NCBI GenBank assembly: GCA_963713855.1
Contig: OY970209.1
Location: 1,184,001 to 1,248,000, forward strand
Direction of reading: 5' to 3'
DNA length: 64,000 bases
From: an uncultured bacterium
GTDB lineage: Bacteria; Babelota; Babeliae; Babelales; Babelaceae
Shown here: piece by piece, positions 1-8,835 of the stretch
Numbering within the stretch: position 1 is the first letter of the stretch
How the letters are laid out: every line of letters starts with the position of its first letter
The notes under the pieces: generated by a model
The model's input: the letters and a program-made list of their open reading frames with translations, nothing else
What the model was told of the DNA's origin: nothing
Database searches by the model: none
Made by a program: the position numbers and the translations under genes

Positions 1-443
1 GCTTTTACTGTCCTATCAAAAAGAAGTATGGCATATTCTAACGGCGTAAGTGTTCCTAGGTGTAGCCTTGCCCACCAAGGATTTCCACAGTATCCCAAAT
101 GGGTAAGCACTTGTTGTGCCTGTAGGTCCCTGACATTCACATCTGCACCAAGACCCAGAAGCGTTATTAGCACAGGGCCATCGTTGCGTTCGATAGCAAT
201 ATGCAATGGCGTAAATCCTTGATTGTTGCGACTATTTATATCAGCGCGCTCATGCAACACAAGCTGTGTTATGGCTTCTGCATTCCCTAGAAGGACGGCT
301 TTAAAAAGCCTTTCTGTTGCCTGGGATCTTTCCAGTATTCCCTGGTATTCCGGTGATTCTTGTCCTTTTTCCTCCATACCAAAAAGCCCCACAAAGCTCA
401 AGGCAAAGATAGTAAAAAGGAAATACTTATTAGTTGTTTTCAT
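1..443 (-). CDS. Ankyrin-repeat protein with signal peptide (5' part only; runs off window start)
   Basis: Manual translation from ATG at 443: MKTTNKYFLFTIFALSFVGLFG-MEEKGQ...ADINSRNNQGFTPLHIAIERNDGPVLITLLGLGADVNVRD. Canonical TPLH ankyrin motif and no stop before base 1. Not in the ORF track. Confidence 0.85.
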   Translation of the reverse strand, partial: MKTTNKYFLFTIFALSFVGLFGMEEKGQESPEYQGILERSQATERLFKAVLLGNAEAITQLVLHERADINSRNNQGFTPLHIAIERNDGPVLITLLGLGADVNVRDLQAQQVLTHLGYCGNPWWARLHLGTLTPLEYAILLFDRTVK

Positions 444-729
444 TATTTAACCAAGCTCTTAAAAGACTATATTACTATAATAGAATATTTTATAGATTTT
501 TTAAAAAATGTGAAGCCTCTCGGCCTAGATGGCGGGCTCTACAAGCTTTCGTTCACGCGAAATGATTGATAGAGGCACATTGATTTATTCCGATTGACAT
601 CAATACATGGCGACATGCCAAAGATGATTTTTTTTCTTTATTTTATTTTTACAAATGTTATTATGCTAAACATATATTCTTATATCAAATAACATTTTTA
701 TAAAAGTTTTTATTACGGAGAACATATCT

Positions 730-2589
730 ATGAAACTACAAAACATAGGTCTATGCGTGCTTTTCTTGAGTTTAAGCGCAAACCTTAAAGCAATGGATGG
801 AAGCTCACTTAGCCCCGCATCGCTATTTAGCTCTACACAGCCATCGTTTGCTACATTGATAAATGCAGTGCAGCGCATGTCTTCTGCAAATGTAACTAAT
901 GACTTTCAAGAAATTGATCGCATTCTCGAGGCTGGAAATTATACCGCTCTTCAAATCAAGCAAGCCGCTGAATTGGCTTTATCGCATAACAACAACGATC
1001 TTGCTGCGCATCTCAGGGCAAAAGCCCTTGCTAAGGAGCAAGGAACTGTCCCGCCGTCCGAACCCATGCAAGTAGACCCTGCAATTCCCGTGCCGGAACA
1101 AGGAAGTCTCGATCAAGCTGAAGAGCGTAGAGACGGAGAGCCTATGACTTTTGAAGGCGAGCAAGAAAATCCTCTAATGCGCGCCGTTCGAGGAATGGGT
1201 AGTTCAATGGACGTGACCCTCATTAATCGCGTTCTTGAAGAAGGTCCATACAGTGAAGCAGCTATTGAACAGGCGGCAAACCTTGCTCTTGCAAATAATA
1301 ACGTAGCACTAGCTCAATATCTGCGCTCAAAAAAAGAGGGTAGGGAAAAGGAAAAAGGTAAAGAAAAAGAAGGTGAAGAAGAACCGAGGGGATCAGAACC
1401 GGCTGGTGTTAATGGATTGCTTCGAGCCGTAATAGCAATGAATGATACAGGTCATCCTGATTTTGCAAAGATTGAGGCTATTTTTGCAGCCGAAACCTTT
1501 AGTGATGCTCAGATTGAAGAGGCGCGAGGCTTGGCAGAGGCTTCAGGCAATTTCCTTCTTTCACAATATCTAAGCGCAAAAATGAATAGTAAAGAACGCG
1601 AAGTTCGACTACCTCTTTCAATAGATGACCGCTTTGACCGTATGATGCTAACGGCGCGTCTCATCAATTTAGCCGATGACTATCCGAAAACCGCCAAAGA
1701 GGTTGAGGCCTTAATCGCAACTCTTCCTGTAGACGATTTAGTCGAGGCTCTTCCTCATATTAATCCTGCTGCCGTTAAAATAGTCGAAGCTGGCATAAAA
1801 TTGGCTTATGAGAGTCATGGCCAAAGACATACGTTAAGCTCGAAAGAAAGAGAACGTATTATGAGAAGAGGAGATAAAAGTTTAATAGCAGCTCGTTATT
1901 TGCGGCAATTAAGTAAAAAACCTGTGTTGGAGCCTGAAGATGAAAAAAAAGTCGATGCTTTGCTTAAGGTTATTACACAAACAGATCTTCGTATAGCTCT
2001 TGTGCTGTGCATTAAAGGCCACCCAATAGTTGTTTCAAAAATGGCCCTAAAACTCCATGGTGATGATCCAAGTTGCTCAAACACTAACGCGATTGCTCAG
2101 CTCGCAAAATTAATGGAAGATCGTCTTGCAGATCTTAGTGAGTCTGGTGACCAAGCGATAAATGAGCTGAGGTCTACTATCGCAGAGATAATAGTACTAC
2201 TTAAGAAACACTCTGACACGCTTAATGATCACGGGAGTTCGATTGCTGGTCATGCAAATAGGCTTAATGATCATAAAGGAAGGCTTGATGGCCACGACAG
2301 AGATATAAGAGACAATAAGCAGAATATCAGCCGTCACGAGAACGTATTAGATTGGATCAATACACAGATTACGAGATTATACGCGGGTCATTTTGATTTG
2401 TCGATAATAGCAGCTGGGCTTGCATTACTGCTTGGTCCTGGCGCTCTAAAGGCTACTTTTACCCTATTATGCGGGGTTGCAAATCCATTGATCGCATCGC
2501 TTGGCATGGGGGCGGCCACCATCTTGACGGTGATAATGGTCATAAAATTTTATTATGAATCCACCGCGCCGAGCACAGAGAGTCCGTAA
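730..2589 (+). CDS. Exported helical-repeat protein with His-heptad coiled coil and C-terminal hydrophobic hairpin
   Basis: 619-aa ORF with RBS ggag and signal peptide ending LKA-MD. Three ~55-aa internal repeats (LxxAV..M...I..I..A..LA...N..L..YL.xK), a heptad run and two C-terminal hydrophobic segments. Confidence 0.8.
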   Translation: MKLQNIGLCVLFLSLSANLKAMDGSSLSPASLFSSTQPSFATLINAVQRMSSANVTNDFQEIDRILEAGNYTALQIKQAAELALSHNNNDLAAHLRAKALAKEQGTVPPSEPMQVDPAIPVPEQGSLDQAEERRDGEPMTFEGEQENPLMRAVRGMGSSMDVTLINRVLEEGPYSEAAIEQAANLALANNNVALAQYLRSKKEGREKEKGKEKEGEEEPRGSEPAGVNGLLRAVIAMNDTGHPDFAKIEAIFAAETFSDAQIEEARGLAEASGNFLLSQYLSAKMNSKEREVRLPLSIDDRFDRMMLTARLINLADDYPKTAKEVEALIATLPVDDLVEALPHINPAAVKIVEAGIKLAYESHGQRHTLSSKERERIMRRGDKSLIAARYLRQLSKKPVLEPEDEKKVDALLKVITQTDLRIALVLCIKGHPIVVSKMALKLHGDDPSCSNTNAIAQLAKLMEDRLADLSESGDQAINELRSTIAEIIVLLKKHSDTLNDHGSSIAGHANRLNDHKGRLDGHDRDIRDNKQNISRHENVLDWINTQITRLYAGHFDLSIIAAGLALLLGPGALKATFTLLCGVANPLIASLGMGAATILTVIMVIKFYYESTAPSTESP

Positions 2590-2602
2590 TATTACACATT
2601 TT

Positions 2603-2629
2603 GGCGGAGGGGCGCATGTCTCCTCCGCC
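2603..2629 (+). terminator. GC-rich hairpin downstream of 730..2589
   Basis: ggcggaggggc-gcat-gtctcctccgcc. No clear U-tract. Confidence 0.45.
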
Positions 2630-2661
2630 GCCAGCCAAGCAAACTTGAGTTAGGGCGTTTT

Positions 2662-3306
2662 ATGCAAAAAATAAAGATTCTAGTAAGCATCATTTTTTTA
2701 GCACTCAGCGTTCACGAATATTCGATGGGCATGGAGCGTACGGATGATCATATCGATAATTTTAGTTTAGAGGAATTATTAGAGCATCTTGACACCCTAT
2801 CAGAGCCACCGCAAGAGCCCGCGACTGTTGAAGGAAGTGCTTTTGCCCTTGCTGAGGATTTTATACAAAGCCATCTTGGCGAAAGCAATCATTTGGATGT
2901 AGGCTTTCAAAATATGCCGGAGCTTCAACTAGGCGATGCCAACGCAATAGCAGCACTCTCAGCTTGGCAGTTAAACTTCATAGTACATGCTGTGAAGCTT
3001 CTGGGTATTCTTCGCGCTCAAGGTGGCGTTGCCGTTGCAGGTGAGATAGGGGACATGATGAAAGAAACGGTTAAAAGTCTTTGTTTGAATCTCATCAATA
3101 TTCTTAAAAGTGCTATCGTGGCGATCAAAGCCGAAACGGGAAATTTTGACCCTCAAATCATCGGTCACAAGATTTTACTGAGCCTTAGCAGAGCAGGAAG
3201 TATGCTTCAAACTAGGACAGAAGACATGGTTCAAGTGATGAAGTTTGCTACCTTTATGCTCTACTCGATGGTAGAAAAAGCAAAAAGTTCTTGTACAATT
3301 TCATAG
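2662..3306 (+). CDS. Exported hypothetical protein with C-terminal CaaX motif (CTIS)
   Basis: 214-aa ORF with signal peptide then MG-MER. Ends KAKSSCTIS-stop. Confidence 0.75.
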   Translation: MQKIKILVSIIFLALSVHEYSMGMERTDDHIDNFSLEELLEHLDTLSEPPQEPATVEGSAFALAEDFIQSHLGESNHLDVGFQNMPELQLGDANAIAALSAWQLNFIVHAVKLLGILRAQGGVAVAGEIGDMMKETVKSLCLNLINILKSAIVAIKAETGNFDPQIIGHKILLSLSRAGSMLQTRTEDMVQVMKFATFMLYSMVEKAKSSCTIS

Positions 3307-3383
3307 CATTATCATAAGCCATCAGCTAACAAAATTCACATCTGTTTAATTATTTAAGGCAAATCCGCTTCAGGAATACATCA

Positions 3384-4253
3384 ATGATATTTTTATTTGC
3401 TTTGCTTACACTACCTTTTACTCTCTGCTGTATGGAGGAAAGAAAGCCTATAGAGCACTTTCCAACGAGTGCTAGCAATCTTCAACTCCCAACCTTAAAT
3501 CGTGATTACAGAGATGAGGTTCGCGCAGCTATCATGCATCTTGACATAGAAACACTATGGCGCTTAAGGCGTGAACACGCAATACCGGGCCATGAATCGT
3601 CTTTTTTTAATTTTAATTACGATGATGGACAATCCCCTTTGGAAGTTGCTCTTCTGACAGGTGATATTGGTATTACGCAAGAGCTTGTAAATCTGGGTGC
3701 GGCACATATACCAAATAGCTCAACAGGGCTTTTTCCAATTCATGTCGCGATACTTTGCCACCTTAAGGAATTCGTTGTTCTTTTCGTGCATGCATTTCCG
3801 GATTCTATCGTTAGTCGAGATCGTTTTGGAAACACTCCTCTTCACGTTAATGCTCATTTTCCGGATACCATGATAGCAGAGTTTTTATTTAAGACTCGTC
3901 CCCTTCCTTCAGATGTTAATAATAATGGACAAACTCCACTCGCGCTTGCGCGGTTATGCGGCAATCCGGTACTTTCTTGGCTACTCGACGATGCGCAAGA
4001 AGAAAAATTTGGCCCCTTTATTAGTGAAGTTGACGCACTGTTCTATACGAACTTTTTGCCCGCAGGCTATTGGCGCTTGGCGCGACATACGCATAAACGA
4101 AGCAAAGAAAAAACGATCACGACAACCGAAGGTTTCCAATCTGAACGTCATTTGACACTTAGTTTAGATAGAACCACAAAGATTCAGCGAACTACGTCAG
4201 GATGCTGGTATCTTAAAGGCTGGAGGTTGGATAGATCGCGAAGGACGCAATAA
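3384..4253 (+). CDS. Ankyrin-repeat protein with signal peptide
   Basis: GQSPLEVA, GLFPIHVA, GNTPLHVNA and GQTPLALA repeats. N-terminus MIFLFALLTLPFTLCC-MEE. Confidence 0.85.
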   Translation: MIFLFALLTLPFTLCCMEERKPIEHFPTSASNLQLPTLNRDYRDEVRAAIMHLDIETLWRLRREHAIPGHESSFFNFNYDDGQSPLEVALLTGDIGITQELVNLGAAHIPNSSTGLFPIHVAILCHLKEFVVLFVHAFPDSIVSRDRFGNTPLHVNAHFPDTMIAEFLFKTRPLPSDVNNNGQTPLALARLCGNPVLSWLLDDAQEEKFGPFISEVDALFYTNFLPAGYWRLARHTHKRSKEKTITTTEGFQSERHLTLSLDRTTKIQRTTSGCWYLKGWRLDRSRRTQ

Positions 4254-4319
4254 AGTATTGCTTTTACGGTTGCAAATTATTTATGATTGAAAATAAAATG
4301 ACAATAAAAAGGAGCAGTT

Positions 4320-4646
4320 ATGATCATCAATCTGTCTAGAATAGCAGTAGTTGCCTTACTTATTAGTGGGCTAATGAGTGAGGGGGCTTCAAGGGAATAT
4401 TGTTATCGTAATAACCTTTACTACAACAGTCACACGAAACTATGTTGCCCACAGGGACAAGTTTACGCTTCAGAGTCTAAAAAATGTTGTCCTAACGAAT
4501 TATATGAAAGAGACTCGAAAACATGTAAAACACCTGTTCTGACCGCACCAGTCCAAACCAGGAGAGTTAGAAGAGGTCCCGCCCTTCTACCAAAAAGGCA
4601 TGAAAATATAGATTACGCTCTTAATAAGAAGACTGTTGAGCTTTAA
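4320..4646 (+). CDS. Small secreted cysteine-rich protein
   Basis: RBS aggag, signal peptide, two CCP motifs, six Cys in total, basic C-terminal part. Confidence 0.7.
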   Translation: MIINLSRIAVVALLISGLMSEGASREYCYRNNLYYNSHTKLCCPQGQVYASESKKCCPNELYERDSKTCKTPVLTAPVQTRRVRRGPALLPKRHENIDYALNKKTVEL

Positions 4647-4741
4647 CTAAGTGCTTAATTGTAGCTCATAGAAACACTTTTTAATGCTTCATTGAGCCAC
4701 AAACTAATGGCTGCTACGTCTATAATCTGTGTGTACCTGAC

Positions 4742-5944
4742 TCAGAGCTCATCTTTTGATTTAGCAGTCTTCTTTTGTTTGTAGGTGCTTGTTTTCCAGA
4801 CCTCATTAAGATAAGCGTCAAGATCGCTAAACTTAAGAGCGCTTTCACGAAGGCAGTCATTGTAATTTTCTTTAGTAAAAAGCTTTTGTTGCTCGCCTAA
4901 GAAAGTAGCTTCAGCCTCGCCGCAAAGAAGTCCTGAGTTATACGAAACCGTAAAACCTTCTTCCTTCAGATAGTGCATGAGTCGCATATGATTCTCAGCT
5001 TCTGCATTAACAATGACCGGTGTGGATGTATCCTCAGTAAGCACTTTTTTAAGCGTCATAAATATTGGAATGAGCTTTAATGAGCTGTGCAAACTGGCAA
5101 TGAGCGCATAAACGCTCTTTCGAACCATTTCCTTTGATGAAATACGTTGCAAAAGAGTCTGAGTAAATGGGCGATTGCTGTGCACCTTAACCAGTTTTTG
5201 GAGCTCTTTCCAAAGATTTTTATGCTTTAATAATTGCTCTCTTAAAGATTCTATTTCAGACTTAGTTTTAGCACCAACTATAAGCTTATCAAGAACTTGA
5301 AGATTACGTAATATGTCCATGCACTCATTAATTGCCTCCAATATGCGATCATTTACAAGCGAGTCCTCTTGCTTTAATTGAGAACAACGACTTATTAACG
5401 ATGGCATACTCTCGAATACAGACTTCAACATAACTAGTGCCACCAATATATTTTCAAGTGTTTTACCTTGAGACTCGATCTGTACGTTATTCTCGTCTTT
5501 TAATTTGTCGGCTAAAACAAGAAAACAATTCTCTATTGCTTCTTCACTGTAGTTATTTTGAAGAACCTCCATGTAGCGTTTATTACAAAAATCTTGGTGA
5601 TTTTGCTCAACTAGACATTTACATTCATACGCTGGGCGTAAAATGGGAATAAGAGCTTCAGAAACGGCCCCTTGGATGATCCAGGTGCCACCTGCCGGCT
5701 TTACCTCTTTTTGAAAAAATTCCTCGAGTACTTTACTGTGCTTCTTGCTAATTTCTCTTAAAGGGGCGGCGTCAAAATCTAGGCTGAATGTCCAAGGACG
5801 CAAATGCCTATAGCCAAACATATAGACGCGCTGAATTTCCTCCGAAGGTAATTTTCGCTCAAGAAGTGAGATGTTTACCACCCCACAATGCGTAACGGCA
5901 AAAGAGATTATAAAAACGAAAAGGATAGTAATAAAGTATCTCAT
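4742..5944 (-). CDS. Exported hypothetical protein ending in KDEL
   Basis: 400-aa ORF with hydrophobic N-terminal signal. C-terminus TAKSKDEL-stop, checked in DNA at 4742-4768. Confidence 0.75.
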   Translation of the reverse strand: MRYFITILFVFIISFAVTHCGVVNISLLERKLPSEEIQRVYMFGYRHLRPWTFSLDFDAAPLREISKKHSKVLEEFFQKEVKPAGGTWIIQGAVSEALIPILRPAYECKCLVEQNHQDFCNKRYMEVLQNNYSEEAIENCFLVLADKLKDENNVQIESQGKTLENILVALVMLKSVFESMPSLISRCSQLKQEDSLVNDRILEAINECMDILRNLQVLDKLIVGAKTKSEIESLREQLLKHKNLWKELQKLVKVHSNRPFTQTLLQRISSKEMVRKSVYALIASLHSSLKLIPIFMTLKKVLTEDTSTPVIVNAEAENHMRLMHYLKEEGFTVSYNSGLLCGEAEATFLGEQQKLFTKENYNDCLRESALKFSDLDAYLNEVWKTSTYKQKKTAKSKDEL

Positions 5945-6328
5945 GGTTTAATTTTTAACCTGCTAAATAGAAATATTTGATTTGTGAATTTAGTATTGAT
6001 ATTAAAGATAATGATACAAAATATAGATTAATTGTCAAAAAAGAAGCAGATTTTAAGCAAAGGCTAGGAACTGAATTCTTAAAGGTTTTGTTCGACTCAT
6101 CAATAAAAATATACTAAGCTTATCGTATCTTCGATCGTACGCTTAGCTATGTTTGGTTAAAACAATCATAAATGGGTATGTTCTATATAGATCAATTTCT
6201 AAAATTCTATTCAACAAGCACTCCCTTTTGACAATTTTTCTACATTATAAGATACTTGTGTGATCATGTTTTTCAAGATGTTGTTTCTATTATGAAAGTT
6301 AATATTACTATTTACTTTAGGAGTAATT

Positions 6329-7438
6329 ATGCGCAATGAGTTAAAACTGGGGCTTATATTTTTTGTTTGCAGTAGTTTTGCTGCGGCAGAAACAGCTATG
6401 GCTGCCCCTGAGATTATCAAGACACAGCTTAGCATGATCGATGTCTTACTTCATGGGCTTCGTGACACTATTGAGACGGGTAAACAGTATGTTGAGGATA
6501 CTGAGCGCTTTCAAGATAAGTTACAAGCATATTCATGTGCCGAACAATTTCTTGATAGGTTGACCTTTATAAAAAATAGAACTTTGGAGGCGATGAAGGA
6601 GTATCATACGTGCTTAAAATTGGTCAATGAAGGTGAATACTCTGAAAAAAATATACAATTTAGCGGATTTGAGCCATTTGCGATCCAGTTTGATGATGAA
6701 GAGGACTGGAATGCCCGTTATACCTCTTTTTTTAGCAAAAACAAGATAACGCTTCCTCATCCCATGGCGCTTTTAAGTAAAGCCGCAGATGATATAGGAA
6801 AATTTGCTTTTCAAGACAGAGCTGATGATAAAGCAGGCTCTCCTAGAGCGCGCTTTGTCATTTTTGTTAAAGAAGCGCTTCGTCTCATTTTAAATCGCAA
6901 TAATGATGGTGATCTAGCGTTTGAAGGCAAGCTACATAAAAAACTTGATGCCTTAGCTGCGCTTTGCAAAAACGACGCGGTTTATGAGGTTAAAGAGCCA
7001 ACTCAATCACCAGGCGAACAAATTAACAGTGAGCTATCTGATGAGCTGTTACTTGACCTAGGTCAAAAATTTACCGCTATTCTTGCAAGCGCTGGTGGTA
7101 AATTGGTTCTTCCTTTCAATGAAAAGGTAAAGATGGGTGCCGCCACTGCAAAAGTCTTATACCCTACCTATACAGGAATGCTTAAAGAGAGAGAGGAAAA
7201 AACTGGAAATTGGGTATTAACCAAAAATGATCTTGTAAAGCTTGGTGACGAAGTAATTAAAGAGATAGCAAAATTCAAAAAGCCCGGCCAGCTTGAGGAC
7301 GATTACGATGCCAAATCTGCGGCCGTGGAAGAGATGTTACTATCTATAAGAAAAATTCAAGAAAGTAAGTCTATAAAAACCGTCAAAAAAGCCGAATTTA
7401 AAGAAGCAAAACCGCTGGAAAATAGTTTCAGGTTTTAA
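6329..7438 (+). CDS. Exported hypothetical protein, paralog of 7467..8783
   Basis: RBS aggag, signal peptide, and aligned blocks shared with the downstream gene. Confidence 0.75.
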   Translation: MRNELKLGLIFFVCSSFAAAETAMAAPEIIKTQLSMIDVLLHGLRDTIETGKQYVEDTERFQDKLQAYSCAEQFLDRLTFIKNRTLEAMKEYHTCLKLVNEGEYSEKNIQFSGFEPFAIQFDDEEDWNARYTSFFSKNKITLPHPMALLSKAADDIGKFAFQDRADDKAGSPRARFVIFVKEALRLILNRNNDGDLAFEGKLHKKLDALAALCKNDAVYEVKEPTQSPGEQINSELSDELLLDLGQKFTAILASAGGKLVLPFNEKVKMGAATAKVLYPTYTGMLKEREEKTGNWVLTKNDLVKLGDEVIKEIAKFKKPGQLEDDYDAKSAAVEEMLLSIRKIQESKSIKTVKKAEFKEAKPLENSFRF

Positions 7439-7466
7439 ACGGTACAAAAACGAGCATGGAAATACT

Positions 7467-8783
7467 ATGAAAACTTTAAAATATCTACTATTGTGCTTTG
7501 GATTAGGTGCCTCCGTTTCAAGCTTTGCTGCATCTGAGATAATTGTGAGTCAACCCTCCGTTGAATCGAGGTATCTTGTTGGGGCTGAAGAAACTGAGTA
7601 CACCAAGGAATATGCAACAGCCGTTGCTCTTGATGCAATACGCCGTATCTTTATTGAGGGGATACAGCACTTGAGCAAAGATAAAAAATCGATACTGCGA
7701 GAAATTGAGCGAAAACAGGCTGCAGTTGAGTGTGGCTTTAAATACGCGCTTGAGCCAAACACTGGTGATAAGTGGAGTTCACATTACGTCGAGTGCGTAA
7801 AAAGCACTGGCCAGATCACCGGAGATCTGAATGCAGATGAAACCAAGGGAATGGGTATTCGTTGGCAGATACTAAGCGACAAGGACAAAGAAATAAAAGA
7901 TACGAAGTATTACAAAAAAAGCGATCAGTCCTGCTACATCAAAGATGTTTGCTACTACCCGGGGCCTCTTGCGGTGTTACATTGGGCAATGAAAAATGTA
8001 GGAAAAGTGGCAGTCGATTCGCCTTCATGTGAAAATTCAACCTTCCTCAAGAATATCGAAGAAATACTTGAAATGATTGAAGCACGTAAAGAGATAGGCC
8101 ACAAAGCTTATATACCGGAAATGGATAAGAGGTTTAAGGCTCTTCAGTCTATTGTTGATACCTGTGCTAAGTCAAAAGTTAACCAAAACGTGGACATTGA
8201 TAACCTCATAAATCAACGTTTGAATGACGATGGTGCTAGTAAGCTAGGTCAGGTTGCTTTTGAAGAAGTAAATCGCGCTTATGGCTCAAAACAGATGTCG
8301 GAGCAAAAGACCAAAGCGTTAGCCCTATTTGTTTTAGAAAACCCTCAAATCATCAAGCTCTTACAAAAAAATGAGGGAGATTTAATTAACTCCATTGATG
8401 AGATGCTTGAAGCTTATGAGCTTATTCTTGCAAAATACGTTGAGCTAAATTCTACAGAAAAAACTACCATACGACTATCTGAAAAGATTAAGTTGGCTAT
8501 GGCAACACTCTTCAATTATTACATGAATGATATGCATAGCTTTTCTCAGAAAAAGGTTGAGGCTGATCCATTAAAAAATGCATTTAAAATGGGCCGCGTT
8601 CTTGGATCAAATGCTCGTACTGCGGAATATAACCCGGAGCAACGTGCTTCCGAGCGTCAGAAAGAGCAAGAAAATCGTACTGCGGAGTTTCACGCATACA
8701 GAAAACAAACAGCACCGCAATTGACTGCGGGAGAGAGCCCAAAACAAACTCTCAAAACTGAAGGCACAAAAATAGTAAACTAG
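7467..8783 (+). CDS. Exported hypothetical protein, paralog of 6329..7438
   Basis: 438-aa ORF with signal peptide ending SFA. Co-oriented, 28 bp downstream of its paralog. Confidence 0.75.
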   Translation: MKTLKYLLLCFGLGASVSSFAASEIIVSQPSVESRYLVGAEETEYTKEYATAVALDAIRRIFIEGIQHLSKDKKSILREIERKQAAVECGFKYALEPNTGDKWSSHYVECVKSTGQITGDLNADETKGMGIRWQILSDKDKEIKDTKYYKKSDQSCYIKDVCYYPGPLAVLHWAMKNVGKVAVDSPSCENSTFLKNIEEILEMIEARKEIGHKAYIPEMDKRFKALQSIVDTCAKSKVNQNVDIDNLINQRLNDDGASKLGQVAFEEVNRAYGSKQMSEQKTKALALFVLENPQIIKLLQKNEGDLINSIDEMLEAYELILAKYVELNSTEKTTIRLSEKIKLAMATLFNYYMNDMHSFSQKKVEADPLKNAFKMGRVLGSNARTAEYNPEQRASERQKEQENRTAEFHAYRKQTAPQLTAGESPKQTLKTEGTKIVN

Positions 8784-8791
8784 AGACATAC

Positions 8792-8827
8792 AAGAACAGA
8801 GGGACCGTTTTCAGTCCCTCTGTTCTT
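8792..8827. terminator. Probable bidirectional intrinsic terminator
   Basis: Perfect 14-bp stem aagaacagagggac/gtccctctgttctt between convergent genes. Confidence 0.75.
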
Positions 8828-8835
8828 AAAAGCCT

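Noticed and set aside
510..560. gtgaagcctctcggcctagatggcgggct...ttcac, resembling an IS200/IS605-type end hairpin
   Set aside because: The stem is imperfect and there is no tnpA/tnpB or second end in the window.
644..671. dif-like site (ttatgctaaac resembles the XerD arm)
   Set aside because: The XerC arm does not match; an AT-rich promoter region explains it.
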